DNA of 32,000 nucleotides from Idiomarina loihiensis L2TR (GCF_000008465.1 NC_006512.1:2400001-2432000); one strand, 5' to 3'; shown: positions 1-10,577, counted from the stretch's first letter. Numbers and translations are program-made. Notes: generated by a model not told the origin, from the sequence alone.

Positions 1-1
1 T

Positions 2-991
2 CTTTCTGTAAATCAGTTCAATCGCGACAGCATTGACTACATATTCTCCGTTGCGGACAAGATGCAACCTTACGCCCGACGTAAAACACGCACTCGAGTT
101 CTTGACGGCGCTATCCTTGGTAATCTTTTCTTCGAACCTTCGACTCGTACCCGGGTAAGCTTCGGCACGGCGTTCAACCTGTTAGGGGGCGAAGTCCGCG
201 AAACCACCGGCATGGAAAGCTCGGCCATTGCAAAGGGTGAATCGCTGTACGACACCGCTCGCGTATTAAGCAGCTACAGCGACGTTATTGCCATGCGCCA
301 CCCCAAGTCGGGCTCAGTAAAAGAGTTTGCTGAAGGCAGTCGGGTACCGGTCATTAACGGCGGTGACGGCGCAAACGAGCATCCGACTCAGGCATTGCTG
401 GACCTTTACACTATCCAGAAAGAACTGGCGTACCATCAGCAGAGCATTGATAACATGCACATTTGCATGATTGGCGACTTGAAGTACGGACGTACAGTAC
501 ATTCACTGTCCACTTTACTCTCTATGTACAAGAACATTAAGTTCACTTTAATTTCGCCACGTGAACTTTCTATGCCGGGCTCCGTATTAGATACGCTGGA
601 AAACGCAGGTCACCGTGTCACTGTTACCGAAAAAGTCGACGGTATTGTCGACGCTGATATTGTCTATCAGACTCGAATTCAGCAAGAACGTTTTGCCAGC
701 CCGGAAGACGCTGATCAGTATCGCGGTAAGTTTCGTTTAAATCAGGACATTTACACTAAACACTACAAACCCAATACGGTCATCATGCATCCTTTGCCGC
801 GGGATTCGCGCGCCGAAGCTAATGAATTGGATAACGACTTAAACCAAAACCCCAACCTGGCTATTTTCCGTCAGGCTGACAACGGAGTTCTCATTCGTAT
901 GGCTCTGTTTGCATTAACACTTGGGGTCGTTGATCAGGTTGATAAACACCAATGTGATGTCATCTGGTACAGCGAAAAAAGCCAACAGTAA
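2..991 (+). CDS. pyrB: Aspartate carbamoyltransferase catalytic chain (5' end outside window)
   Basis: The frame is open to the window edge (codons from nt 2 read LSVNQFNRDSIDYIFSVADKMQPY). ATCase motifs are present: EPSTRTR, EHPTQ, HPLPR, QTRIQQERF. The track ORF 62..991 is only the part after the first in-window ATG. Confidence 0.9.
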   Translation, partial: LSVNQFNRDSIDYIFSVADKMQPYARRKTRTRVLDGAILGNLFFEPSTRTRVSFGTAFNLLGGEVRETTGMESSAIAKGESLYDTARVLSSYSDVIAMRHPKSGSVKEFAEGSRVPVINGGDGANEHPTQALLDLYTIQKELAYHQQSIDNMHICMIGDLKYGRTVHSLSTLLSMYKNIKFTLISPRELSMPGSVLDTLENAGHRVTVTEKVDGIVDADIVYQTRIQQERFASPEDADQYRGKFRLNQDIYTKHYKPNTVIMHPLPRDSRAEANELDNDLNQNPNLAIFRQADNGVLIRMALFALTLGVVDQVDKHQCDVIWYSEKSQQ

Positions 992-1006
992 AGAGGTAGT
1001 TACGAC

Positions 1007-2290
1007 ATGAGTCGCTCAGAAGAACTATACACTAAAGCACAAATCAGTATCCCTGGCGGCGTTAACTCGCCGGTTCGGGCTTTTAACGGCGTTGGTGGCA
1101 GCCCCATCTTCTTTGAGAGTGCTGAAGGCGCTTATATGATTGATGCAGACGGCAAACGTTATATCGATTACGTCGGCTCATGGGGCCCAATGATTTTGGG
1201 GCATAACCACCCGGCAGTGTTAGAAGCCACCCTGCAGGCCGCCAAGCGAGGCCTGAGCTTCGGCACACCGACGGAAGTTGAAATCACCATGGCGGAGACT
1301 ATTCGCAAAATAGTCCCTTCTATTGAAAAAGTGCGTATGGTGAATTCCGGTACTGAAGCCACTATGACTGCCATTCGTCTGGCACGCGGCTATACTGGTC
1401 GGGATAAAATTCTGAAGTTTGAAGGTAACTACCACGGTCATGCCGACTCCTTGCTGGTTAAAGCTGGTTCAGGTGCTTTGACTCTGGGCGTTCCTAACTC
1501 TCCCGGCATTCCGGAAGACTTTGCGAAACATACCTTAACCGCAACTTACAACGATATTGAATCGGTGAAACAGATTTTCGCTGAAATGGGCGACGAGATT
1601 GCCTGCATTATTGTTGAGCCGGTAGCCGGTAACATGAACTGTATTCCACCGGTTGACGGTTTTCTGGAAGGCTTACGCAGCATTTGTGACGACCACGGTT
1701 CAGTTCTGATTTTTGACGAAGTTATGACCGGTTTCCGTGTAGCTCCGGGCGGCGCTCAGGATCGCTATAAGATTAAACCAGACCTCACGACTTTAGGTAA
1801 AGTGATTGGCGGTGGCATGCCGGTTGGTGCCTTTGGCGGCAAAAAGGAAGTGATGGACTACATTGCGCCGGTGGGCCCCGTGTATCAGGCAGGAACCTTA
1901 TCTGGTAACCCAGTCGCCATGGCAGCAGGCTTGGCAGCGTTACAGCAGTTATCCACCCCAGGGCTTTACGACCAGCTTTACCAACGCGTTGACACACTGC
2001 TTGACGGTTTACAGGAGCGTGCTGACCGGGCTGGCGTGCCAATGACAACAAATCGCGCCGGTTCTATGTTTGGTTTCTTTTTTACTGAAGAGCCCGAAGT
2101 AACCACTTACGCTCAGGCCACACAGTGTAATATGGAGCACTTTAAGACGTTTTATCACGCCATGTTAGAGCAAGGCGTGTATCTTGCGCCATCGGCCTTT
2201 GAAGGCGGCTTTATGTCGGCAGCGCACAGCGAAGAAGACATTCAAAACACTCTGAATGCCGCTGAAAAAGCCTTTGCTAAGTTAGTCTAA
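1007..2290 (+). CDS. hemL: Glutamate-1-semialdehyde 2,1-aminomutase
   Basis: 427-aa ORF colinear with E. coli HemL as I remember it ([30 protein letters not shown]). An AGAGG SD lies just upstream of the ATG. Confidence 0.97.
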   Translation: MSRSEELYTKAQISIPGGVNSPVRAFNGVGGSPIFFESAEGAYMIDADGKRYIDYVGSWGPMILGHNHPAVLEATLQAAKRGLSFGTPTEVEITMAETIRKIVPSIEKVRMVNSGTEATMTAIRLARGYTGRDKILKFEGNYHGHADSLLVKAGSGALTLGVPNSPGIPEDFAKHTLTATYNDIESVKQIFAEMGDEIACIIVEPVAGNMNCIPPVDGFLEGLRSICDDHGSVLIFDEVMTGFRVAPGGAQDRYKIKPDLTTLGKVIGGGMPVGAFGGKKEVMDYIAPVGPVYQAGTLSGNPVAMAAGLAALQQLSTPGLYDQLYQRVDTLLDGLQERADRAGVPMTTNRAGSMFGFFFTEEPEVTTYAQATQCNMEHFKTFYHAMLEQGVYLAPSAFEGGFMSAAHSEEDIQNTLNAAEKAFAKLV

Positions 2291-2302
2291 CATTGCGGCT
2301 GT

Positions 2303-2330
2303 AGCGCCTGGTATTGGCCCGGGCGCTTTT
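2303..2330 (+). terminator. Rho-independent terminator after hemL
   Basis: 9-bp stem: 2303-2311 agcgcctgg pairs with 2319-2327 ccgggcgct, including one G-U pair. The loop is 7 nt and is followed by TTTT. It starts 13 nt after the hemL stop and overlaps the stop codon of convergent mrcB. Confidence 0.5.
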
Positions 2331-4596
2331 AACCACCAAATAAACGTTCCCACCAGCTTTTCTCGCGGATAGTGCCTTCACAGGTAATATCCTCGGGGAG
2401 CCTGATTTCCTCAGCCGGTAATTTCCGACCATTGTTGCAGTCTTCAGGAATTCTCTGTCCCGTTGTCGGGTGAAAATTTTGCATCTGCAGAGGCTCCGGT
2501 ACATCTAAAGCCATGCTCAACGGCGGTAAGTAGTCATAAAAATCCGCCACAACTTTGAGAGCGCCGCTACTTCCGGTTAAGCCAACCGGCTGGTTATCAT
2601 CACGACCTAACCAGACCGTAACCACGTGCTCACCATCTACTGCAACAAACCAGCTGTCGCGATAATCATTCGTTGTACCTGTCTTGCCACCAACTACCTG
2701 ACCGGCTAAAGCACGTTGCAGACGACTTGCGGTACCCTCAGCCACCACTCCCCGTAAACCATAGCGAGTCAGATAAGACACATTTTTATCGAAAACCACA
2801 TCTGCTTCAGACTTCTGACGCCGATACAGCACTTCGCCCTGATGGGTGGTGATAGACGACACCGCAGCTAAAGGCTGATAACGGCCATCATTCATAAGCG
2901 CACTGTACATTCGTGTCACCGCTACGGGAGACAACGATGCTGATCCTAAAGTCAACGATGGATAGGCTTGTAACGGCGTTGTCACACCCAATTCGCGTAA
3001 GTAACTCACTAACTGGTCTATACCCACTTCCATGCCCACCCGAACGGCCGGTAAGTTGCGCGACTGAACCAACGCATCATACAACAGCAAACTACCATCA
3101 AACTCTTTATCGTAGTTTTGCGGCTTCCATTCTTTTCCCTTTTTATCCGATAAAGTAATGGGTTCATCTGCAACCGGCGTATGCAGACCAATGTCTGAAT
3201 CCTGCATCGCGGCTGCGTATATAATAGGCTTCATTAATGAGCCTATTGGCCGCAGTGCCAACAACGCCCGGTTATAACCTATAGCCTGACTTAAGCGGCC
3301 ACCAGCGAGCGCGCTAATAGTGCCGTTGCGGTAATCAGCAACGACCATTGCCCCTTCTAACTTCTCATCTTCGCCGTCAGCCATAAGCTGTTGTGCTAAC
3401 GAGCGTTGTACTGCATTTTGTGCATCCACCTGCAAATGCGTGAAGATTTTCAGCCCAGTTTCCTGCCAGTCTTCCGGCAGAATAATACGCTTCATTTCCC
3501 GACGTACTAAGTCCATATAATGAGGGTACGGGTGCTCAACCAGACGGCGGCTTTCTTTAACGTCAAGCGCCTGTTCAACCGCAGCAACGTAGTTATCTTT
3601 ACCGAGTAAATCCTGTTCAAACATGACTTTAAGCACTGTGTCCCTGCGGCTACGGGCACGCTCCGGGTAGCGTCTTGGGTCATAATAAGAAGGCCCCTTT
3701 ATCATCCCCACCATTAAAGCAATTTCGCTTGGGTTCAGCTCCTGTACCTGCTTACCAAAATAAAACTGACTGGCAAGTCCTATACCGTGAATAGCGTTGC
3801 TTCCGTCCTGGCCAAAGTACACTTCGTTCAGGTAGGTCTCTAATATGGTGTTTTTATCAAACCGGTAATCGATAACCAGCGACATCATGGCTTCGTGAAA
3901 CTTACGCCATAACGTCTGGTCTCGGCTCAGGTAGAGGTTTTTGACCAACTGCTGAGTCAGCGTAGAACCGCCCTGAACCGTCCTGCCTGCTTTCAGGTTG
4001 GCAGCCAACGCCCTTAGAATTGACCAGGGCGATACCCCCTGATGATGATAAAAATTTCTGTCTTCAACTTTTAATAGGGTTTCAATGAGTAAGTTAGGCA
4101 CGACTTCCAGCCCAACTAACAAACGGTCTTCTTTACTTAAGGTACTAATGCGGCCTATTAGCTCAGGTTCCAGGCGAAAGCTTTCCAGCTCTCTGCCACT
4201 GGGCCAGCTCTTAATAGACTTAATACGGTCGCCGTGAAAGTTGATTTGCACTCTTTGCGCCATTTGCGGACCATCGGAAAAGTCGAAAGGTCGACGATGC
4301 ACCATGACATTATTTTTACCCACCGAGTAGTAACCCGACTGCTCGGTATTACTATTACGCTGATAACCGACTCGCTCCAGAATGCCGACTAGCCCTTGCA
4401 GCCGCATAGGATGATTGTTTCTCAGCGTTACCTCATCCGCGTAAACCAAAGCAGGGGCCTGATAGCGCTTGTTACTAAAATGACGGGATAAACTGGCATC
4501 CAGATAAATGGCATAAAGCCCAATAACGGCGATAAGTACCAGCCCTATCTTAAAGCTTGTCCAGAATAGGTATTGAAACCATCGACTTTTTATCAC
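2329..4596 (-). CDS. mrcB: Bifunctional penicillin-binding protein 1B (glycosyltransferase/transpeptidase)
   Basis: 755 aa with an N-terminal TM helix and a UB2H-like segment (RRPFDF). GT51 motifs EDRNFYHHQG and GGSTLTQQLVKN; transpeptidase motifs SLMK, SRN, KTGTT. The GTG start at 4596 overlaps the hrpB stop (TAGTG on the minus strand). Confidence 0.93.
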   Translation of the reverse strand: MIKSRWFQYLFWTSFKIGLVLIAVIGLYAIYLDASLSRHFSNKRYQAPALVYADEVTLRNNHPMRLQGLVGILERVGYQRNSNTEQSGYYSVGKNNVMVHRRPFDFSDGPQMAQRVQINFHGDRIKSIKSWPSGRELESFRLEPELIGRISTLSKEDRLLVGLEVVPNLLIETLLKVEDRNFYHHQGVSPWSILRALAANLKAGRTVQGGSTLTQQLVKNLYLSRDQTLWRKFHEAMMSLVIDYRFDKNTILETYLNEVYFGQDGSNAIHGIGLASQFYFGKQVQELNPSEIALMVGMIKGPSYYDPRRYPERARSRRDTVLKVMFEQDLLGKDNYVAAVEQALDVKESRRLVEHPYPHYMDLVRREMKRIILPEDWQETGLKIFTHLQVDAQNAVQRSLAQQLMADGEDEKLEGAMVVADYRNGTISALAGGRLSQAIGYNRALLALRPIGSLMKPIIYAAAMQDSDIGLHTPVADEPITLSDKKGKEWKPQNYDKEFDGSLLLYDALVQSRNLPAVRVGMEVGIDQLVSYLRELGVTTPLQAYPSLTLGSASLSPVAVTRMYSALMNDGRYQPLAAVSSITTHQGEVLYRRQKSEADVVFDKNVSYLTRYGLRGVVAEGTASRLQRALAGQVVGGKTGTTNDYRDSWFVAVDGEHVVTVWLGRDDNQPVGLTGSSGALKVVADFYDYLPPLSMALDVPEPLQMQNFHPTTGQRIPEDCNNGRKLPAEEIRLPEDITCEGTIREKSWWERLFGG

Positions 4597-7058
4597 TACT
4601 GCTGCCTTTTGGTTTTAAACGTTGCGGTTGCATTCAGAGGGTCTTCGGGCCACGGATGCTTAGGATAGCGACCGCGCATTTCTTTGCGCACGTCGGCGTA
4701 AGCATTTTGCCAGAAACTCGCGAGATCATTGGTTCGCTGTAACAAACGCCCGGCCGGCGACAGAAGATCAACGGTCACAACTTGTCGGTTATCGATAATT
4801 TTAGGCGACTCAGAGACACCAAACATTTCCTGTAATTTGACCTCAACCCGGGGGGGGTCGTCCAGATAATTTATAAACACTTTACGTTCTGTCGGAGTTT
4901 GCCACCATTCAGGACAAGCCGAATTAAGACGTTGCAGTTCTGAGTAGTCGAAAAAATAACACAAGGCCTCGTATGGATCCCACTGCTGCAATTGTTTTAG
5001 TGACCGGAAATTCGTCCAATACGGCGCCGTCCAGCGCTCCAGGCTATTAAGTAATCCTGCATCGCTCATGTCGTAGGCGCTCAGCTCTCCGGCTTGTTGC
5101 AACCAGTAGACCCGCCGTTGTAGCTGTTTCGCGCGTTGACTCCAGTTGAGTTTATCCAGTCCTTTATCGCGCAACCACAGGCAGAACGCTTCGGCTTTTT
5201 GTTCATTGGAAACCTGTCCACTATTAGTAGTCTGGCTGAGTACCAGGGAGCCCAGTTGAGTACGAGTTATTTGTCGCAGTTGTTGCTGCTCACCTACCCA
5301 TTCAGCTGTTTGCAAGGTCTGCAAAGGAATGCCTGCTTCTTTCAGTAACGCCTGGGCATCGTCCACAGGTAACAGGCAGCGGCTGCGGCCTATCGTGTCT
5401 TGCTCATGAAAGGTGACATCAAAAATAATTGCCCAGGCTGGCTGCTTAAGGCGACTGCTGTCGCCACTGACCCGACCACCACAAGCCAGTTGAAAGTCGC
5501 AGCGGCTGACATCGTACTTTGCGACTCGGTCGGGGTAACCCTGCAGTAAGGCAACGGCAAGGCCTTCTGCACTGGCTTCTGCGGTTTCTGCAGCTTCTTT
5601 CAGCCCAAAATGGTTTAACCAATAGCGCCAGCGTTGTTGCCACAAAGGCGCCTGGTTTCGTTGTTGATAATGCTGCTGGGTGCGTTCAGACAGATCGGCT
5701 GTTTTTATGCTAGTTTGCGGCTCTTCCAGTGTAGCCAGAACACGAGCCATAGCGGCTTGCTGCTCGTTCTTCAGCATTTTGGCTGCATCCGCCACCAGTA
5801 AAATTCTGGGATCAAAACCGCCGGACTCCAGCTGACGGGCTTTTGCGGTTAACTGCCCCTGCCTTATTAAGCCGGTACTGGCTAAAAAATCGGTCGCCGC
5901 GGCACAATGCCCCGGGTCAGGCTGAGAAAACCAGGCCAGTTGGCTCACCTCACTGCCCCAGCGCAACACATCCAGTACCAGTGCTGATAAATCCTGAGTG
6001 GCAACGTCCGGAGGCGCATAATCGGCAAAGCCATGCTCGTCGGAGCGCGCCCACAAACGAAAACATTGCCCCGCCTGCTGACGACCCGCACGCCCGGCAC
6101 GCTGTGTTGCTGAAGCTTTAGCAATACGTTGCGTCGTTAACTGGCTTAATCCGTATTGAGGCAGGTACTGAGCCCGGCGCTCGCGACCACTGTCGACAAC
6201 CACATCAATACCGTCCAGAGTTAAGCTGGTTTCGGCAATATTAGTTGCCAGAATAATGCGTTTTTCGTCCGATGCTTTTAATACTTGCCGCTGTTGCTGC
6301 AAGGGGATACGCCCATGCAGGGGTAAGATGATTGTGCCCGGCGGCATTCGCTGACTCAGTTCAGTCGCAATCTTTTGTATTTCATAAACGCCCGGCAGGA
6401 AAACCAGAACACCTTTTTCGGCAGCAGCAAAGGCTTCGACAACCACTTTGGGTAATTCAGCCAGCCATTGAGTAACATGAGATGCTGGGCGATAGTGATA
6501 CTCAACCGGATAACTGCGGCCTTCGCTGCGCAAAACCTGCACCTGATCACAGTAATTCTCTAGCCAGAGTTTCAGATTTTCTGCGGGCAAGGTGGCCGAC
6601 ATAATCAGCAGGTTTAAATCCGGACGCAATGGCAGGGCATCAATCACCAGCGCCAGACTTAAGTCACTGTGCAAATTGCGCTCGTGGAATTCATCGAAGA
6701 TCAGCGTGCCAATGCCGCTAAGTTCAGGATCGTCCTGCAGCCATCGAACCAATACACCTTCCGTAATGATAAGTAACTTAGTTGCCTTACTGCGCTTGCT
6801 GTCGCCGCGCACCGTATAGCCGACCTGCTCACCCACCGGTTCTCCCAACTGCTTAGCCAAATAATGAGCAATATTCAGCGCAGCAACACGCCGGGGCTGC
6901 AGCATGACAATAAGGCCGTCATCGGCAATACCCTGCTGCAACAGAAATAACGGAAGTTGTGTTGATTTGCCGGCACCGGGCGGTGCCTCAATAACGACAC
7001 GTGCTGCCGGAAAGGCTTTCGCCAGCTCTGGCAGCACGCTCTCAATTGGCAAGGTCAT
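4596..7058 (-). CDS. hrpB: ATP-dependent RNA helicase HrpB (DEAH box)
   Basis: 820 aa with motifs GAGKST, DEFHER, SAT, TNIAETSLT and QRAGRAGR, plus a long HrpB-type C-terminal domain. ATG at 7056-7058. Confidence 0.93.
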   Translation of the reverse strand: MTLPIESVLPELAKAFPAARVVIEAPPGAGKSTQLPLFLLQQGIADDGLIVMLQPRRVAALNIAHYLAKQLGEPVGEQVGYTVRGDSKRSKATKLLIITEGVLVRWLQDDPELSGIGTLIFDEFHERNLHSDLSLALVIDALPLRPDLNLLIMSATLPAENLKLWLENYCDQVQVLRSEGRSYPVEYHYRPASHVTQWLAELPKVVVEAFAAAEKGVLVFLPGVYEIQKIATELSQRMPPGTIILPLHGRIPLQQQRQVLKASDEKRIILATNIAETSLTLDGIDVVVDSGRERRAQYLPQYGLSQLTTQRIAKASATQRAGRAGRQQAGQCFRLWARSDEHGFADYAPPDVATQDLSALVLDVLRWGSEVSQLAWFSQPDPGHCAAATDFLASTGLIRQGQLTAKARQLESGGFDPRILLVADAAKMLKNEQQAAMARVLATLEEPQTSIKTADLSERTQQHYQQRNQAPLWQQRWRYWLNHFGLKEAAETAEASAEGLAVALLQGYPDRVAKYDVSRCDFQLACGGRVSGDSSRLKQPAWAIIFDVTFHEQDTIGRSRCLLPVDDAQALLKEAGIPLQTLQTAEWVGEQQQLRQITRTQLGSLVLSQTTNSGQVSNEQKAEAFCLWLRDKGLDKLNWSQRAKQLQRRVYWLQQAGELSAYDMSDAGLLNSLERWTAPYWTNFRSLKQLQQWDPYEALCYFFDYSELQRLNSACPEWWQTPTERKVFINYLDDPPRVEVKLQEMFGVSESPKIIDNRQVVTVDLLSPAGRLLQRTNDLASFWQNAYADVRKEMRGRYPKHPWPEDPLNATATFKTKRQQ

Positions 7059-7064
7059 GCCAAA

Positions 7065-8363
7065 TTAATCACCTTGTACGGTTGCGGCTATGGTGCGCAC
7101 ACCGGCGGCGGTAGCGCCTGTCGCCCACATAGAGGTCGCCGATTTTTGGTAAGCGCCAGCTAAATCGAAGTGCAGCCAGCCTTTGCCGCTGTTCGGCGCA
7201 AAGCGCAGTAAAAAGCCTGCGGCGTTGCTTGCACCACCGGCACCACCGCCTTTTTGCGGGCGGCTGTTTGCCGTATCAGCAAAAGCTGACGGACAGTTTT
7301 CACTATGCCATGGGGCTAAAGGTAAGCGCCACAATAGCTCATTTTCTTTATCCGCATTAGCCAATGCTTTAGTGGCAGCCACTTCATCCACACTAAACAG
7401 CGCGTTGTATTCATTACCAACCGCCATTTGCGCGGCGCCGGTCAGCGTTGCCGCATCAATAATCTGTTTCGCACCAAACTCACCCGCTGCCTGTAAGCCA
7501 TCGGCCAGCACCAGACGACCTTCGGCATCGGTATTAACAACTTCAACCGTCAGGCCGTTTTTATAGCGAATAATGTCGCCTAATTTGTACGCGCGACCAT
7601 CAATCATGTTTTCGGCACAGCAAAGAATGAGCTTCACGCGCTTGTTCAGACCCCGGCGTATTGCCAGCGACAATGCACCGGATACGGTAGCTGCACCACC
7701 CATGTCGCACTTCATAGCGAGCATGCCTTCGCTCGGCTTAATACTGTAACCACCACTGTCGTAGGTAATACCCTTACCTATTAACGCAGTTTCTACTGGC
7801 GCATTCTCATCGCCGGTTGGGTTGTAATCTAATACCAATAAGCCTGGTGCGTGCTGACTGGCACGACCTACGGTGTAAATTCCCATCCAGCCAGCATCTT
7901 TCAGCGCTTCACCTTTTATAAATTCCGCACTGATGGCGTCTGGCGCCAGAGCCTTAAAGTGTTCGGTTACACGTTGCGCCAAACTTTCAGGGTAAATTTC
8001 TTCCGCTGACAAATTGGTCAGTTCACGGCTGAAACGAGTCGCTTCACGCATGGCATCAAGTTCTTTGACTGCAGGCTCGTCAGTTTTATTCCAGATAACC
8101 TGATTGGTCGACAAGGTTGAAGTAAAACCTTGTGACAACGCCCACTGACGCTCCAGGTTCCAGTCACTGCCGGCAGCTTCAATGGTTACTGCTCCGGTGT
8201 TGTCCAGAGTCCGGCCTGCTTTCTGAATACGCCGCAAGTTTTCAGCTTCATCTTCAACTAAGATGATTTGTGCTTTGTTGTCACCAAAGACTAAGTTTGA
8301 TTTTGGATTCCAATAACTTGCGGGGGCTTCCTGAGTTAAATAGATTGCGAGTGCGCTGGACAT
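7065..8363 (-). CDS. pepB: Peptidase B (M17 leucyl aminopeptidase family)
   Basis: 432 aa. M17 motifs GKGITYDSGGYSIK and NTDAEGRL; LDYNPTGD matches E. coli PepB as remembered. The stop is 6 nt before the hrpB start. Confidence 0.92.
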   Translation of the reverse strand: MSSALAIYLTQEAPASYWNPKSNLVFGDNKAQIILVEDEAENLRRIQKAGRTLDNTGAVTIEAAGSDWNLERQWALSQGFTSTLSTNQVIWNKTDEPAVKELDAMREATRFSRELTNLSAEEIYPESLAQRVTEHFKALAPDAISAEFIKGEALKDAGWMGIYTVGRASQHAPGLLVLDYNPTGDENAPVETALIGKGITYDSGGYSIKPSEGMLAMKCDMGGAATVSGALSLAIRRGLNKRVKLILCCAENMIDGRAYKLGDIIRYKNGLTVEVVNTDAEGRLVLADGLQAAGEFGAKQIIDAATLTGAAQMAVGNEYNALFSVDEVAATKALANADKENELLWRLPLAPWHSENCPSAFADTANSRPQKGGGAGGASNAAGFLLRFAPNSGKGWLHFDLAGAYQKSATSMWATGATAAGVRTIAATVQGD

Positions 8364-8419
8364 TCTGTACCTCTCCCGATAATTTGCTGTCTGTTTATAC
8401 TAGAGTTATGAGGTCTCTG

Positions 8420-9124
8420 ATGCAATTTAACAAGCCCCTGCGCCAGGGAGTTTTGCAAAAAAGATACAAACGTTTTCTCGCCGACATTGATTTTGGTGAC
8501 AACGAAACGACGACAACCCACTGCCCTAATACCGGAGCCATGACCGGGTGTGCAGAGCCTGGCTTTACAGCCTGGTGCAGTGTTTCCGATAATCCCAAAC
8601 GTAAATACTCACTGACCTGGGAGCTCGCTCAGAATAACAACGGTGAAATGATTGTAGTCAATACACAGCACGCTAACCGCATGGCCGGAGAATTACTACA
8701 AACCAACCTTGTACCTGAATTAAGCCAGTGGCAAGAGCTGAAACCAGAGCAACGCTACGGTAAGGAAAAAAGCCGCATCGACTGGTGGGGCGTAGACCAG
8801 CATAACCGTGAATGCTTTATTGAAGTAAAAAGCGTCACTTTAGCGGACGCAAGTCAAGGTTACTTTCCCGACGCAGTCAGCCAACGCGCTCACAAACACC
8901 TTAATGAACTGATGCAGGTTGTGGCCGATGGTCATCGCGCAGTGCAGCTTTACATGGTAATGCACGACGGTATCGAACGAGTTTCTCCCGCCGCACATAT
9001 TGACAGCCAGTATGCTGAGCTGTGTAGAAAAGCAGCGTCAGTCGGAGTCGAGTTTTATGCAGTAAAGTGCCGCGCGTCGGCGAAAGAAATAAAACTGGAG
9101 AGACCAGTTCCCGTAAGCCTTTAA
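8420..9124 (+). CDS. sfsA: Sugar fermentation stimulation protein SfsA (DNA-binding / nuclease fold)
   Basis: MQFNKPLRQGVLQKRYKRFLADI aligns with the E. coli SfsA N-terminus. A GAGG SD sits 5 nt upstream of ATG 8420. An alternative ATG is at 8408. The track ORF start at 8270 would overlap pepB and is rejected. Confidence 0.88.
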   Translation: MQFNKPLRQGVLQKRYKRFLADIDFGDNETTTTHCPNTGAMTGCAEPGFTAWCSVSDNPKRKYSLTWELAQNNNGEMIVVNTQHANRMAGELLQTNLVPELSQWQELKPEQRYGKEKSRIDWWGVDQHNRECFIEVKSVTLADASQGYFPDAVSQRAHKHLNELMQVVADGHRAVQLYMVMHDGIERVSPAAHIDSQYAELCRKAASVGVEFYAVKCRASAKEIKLERPVPVSL

Positions 9125-9263
9125 AACTCAATGCCTTCACAATTTCACCGCAGAAATTTAATCCGAATGACGTTGCCAACCGTAAACCTTTCTGGTATAC
9201 GTAGCGTCCTTTTTTTAATGTACTGCTTTTTAAGCACTCTTTTATAGAGAATGTAGGAGATCC

Positions 9264-9719
9264 ATGATGCCTCAAGGCAAGGATAAGAAAACCCATGGCA
9301 TCCTGGCGATGGCCGGCCTGGAGCCGTATCAGGAAAAACAGGGCGAAGAGTACATGAACGATGCGCAACGTTCGCATTTTCGTCGTATTCTGGAAGAATG
9401 GCGTCGTCAATTACGTCAGGAAGTTGATCGCACAGTGCATCATATGAAAGACGAAGCAGCGAACTTCCCTGATCCGGTAGACCGCGCTGCGCAGGAAGAA
9501 GAATTCAGTATCGAACTGCGTACACGTGACCGTGAGCGTAAGTTGATTAAGAAGATTGAAAAAACCTTACAAAAGATAGAAGAAGATGATTTTGGCTTTT
9601 GCGAATCGTGCGGAATTGAAATTGGTATCCGCCGTTTAGAAGCTCGCCCAACAGCTGACCAGTGCGTCGACTGTAAAACGCTGGCCGAGATGAAAGAGAA
9701 GCAAATGACCGGAGCCTAA
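9264..9719 (+). CDS. dksA: RNA polymerase-binding transcription factor DksA
   Basis: Near-identical blocks to E. coli DksA ([35 protein letters not shown]). CxxC...CxxC zinc finger present. AGGAGA SD at 9255-9260; the second ATG at 9267 is an equally plausible start. Confidence 0.97.
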   Translation: MMPQGKDKKTHGILAMAGLEPYQEKQGEEYMNDAQRSHFRRILEEWRRQLRQEVDRTVHHMKDEAANFPDPVDRAAQEEEFSIELRTRDRERKLIKKIEKTLQKIEEDDFGFCESCGIEIGIRRLEARPTADQCVDCKTLAEMKEKQMTGA

Positions 9720-9725
9720 AGGCTC

Positions 9726-10577
9726 ATGTATCGTGGCCGTTTCGCTCCAACGCCTTCAGGGCCTTTGCACCTGGGATCATTAGTAGCTGCCGTTGGTAGC
9801 TACTTAGATGCTAAAGCGCATAGAGGTGAGTGGCTGGTTCGCATTGAAGATGTCGATAAACCGCGAGCCGTGCCCGGAGCGGCCGATACTATTTTAACGC
9901 AGTTGGAAGCCCATGGTTTAGAATGGGACGGTTCCGTTTTATACCAAAGCCAGCGCGATTCGGTTTACCAGCATCAGCTCAATCAGCTGGAAAACGCTCA
10001 ACGTCTTTATCAATGCGACTGCAGTCGCCGGGCTATTCGTGCCCGCAGCGATCACTACGATGGCTACTGTCGTAACCGCCAGCCTCGTTCAACCCCTTAC
10101 GCCCTGCGCTTCATTAATAATAACCCGGTTGATACATTTAATGACCGCGCACACGGCTTATTAGAAGATCACTCAGCCTCAGTCAGTGAAGACTTCGTAC
10201 TTAAACGTCGCGACGGATTGTATGCTTACCAGCTGGCTGTGGTCGTTGATGATATTGAACAGGGTATTACCGATATTGTGCGTGGCAGCGACTTGATAAC
10301 TCCAAGCTTCTGGCAGCTGACTTTATGGCAGTATTTCACCGGAAAGCAGCCGAGAATGATGCACTTACCTCTGATAATGAATGACGATGGACTCAAATTG
10401 AGTAAGCAAAACCATGCACCGTCAATTGAGTCCAGCCAGGCAAGAAATAACCTTTTCACAGCGCTGGATTATCTGGGTATTAAACCAGAATCAGAGCTGC
10501 GACACAGCCCTGTCAGTGAAATATTGCAACAGGCGTTGCAAAGTTGGTGCAAAAAGTGGCATATAGCAGGTCGTTAA
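9726..10577 (+). CDS. gluQ: Glutamyl-Q tRNA(Asp) synthetase
   Basis: 283 aa, truncated GluRS-like. RFAPTPSGPLHLGS (HIGH-type) and LKLSKQNH (KMSKS-type) motifs. Conserved position directly after dksA. Confidence 0.93.
   Translation: MYRGRFAPTPSGPLHLGSLVAAVGSYLDAKAHRGEWLVRIEDVDKPRAVPGAADTILTQLEAHGLEWDGSVLYQSQRDSVYQHQLNQLENAQRLYQCDCSRRAIRARSDHYDGYCRNRQPRSTPYALRFINNNPVDTFNDRAHGLLEDHSASVSEDFVLKRRDGLYAYQLAVVVDDIEQGITDIVRGSDLITPSFWQLTLWQYFTGKQPRMMHLPLIMNDDGLKLSKQNHAPSIESSQARNNLFTALDYLGIKPESELRHSPVSEILQQALQSWCKKWHIAGR

Noticed and set aside
2303-2330. The hemL terminator acting bidirectionally for mrcB.
   Set aside because: On the minus strand the stem is not followed by a U-tract, and it overlaps the mrcB stop codon. 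Only the plus-strand orientation looks functional.
7183-7566. Antisense or shadow ORFs inside long genes, for example 7183..7566, 8901..9410, 10935..11312, 15003..15428, 16875..17267, 22903..23202, 23494..23874, 26430..26798 and 31307..31630.
   Set aside because: Each lies entirely opposite a well-supported conserved CDS, has biased Arg/Ser/Pro-rich composition and has no SD. They are typical frame-shadow artefacts.
8270-8419. Long N-terminal extension of the sfsA ORF (track start 8270).
   Set aside because: It would overlap the pepB 5' coding region by 94 nt. The extra residues have no SfsA counterpart, and a GAGG SD precedes ATG 8420.
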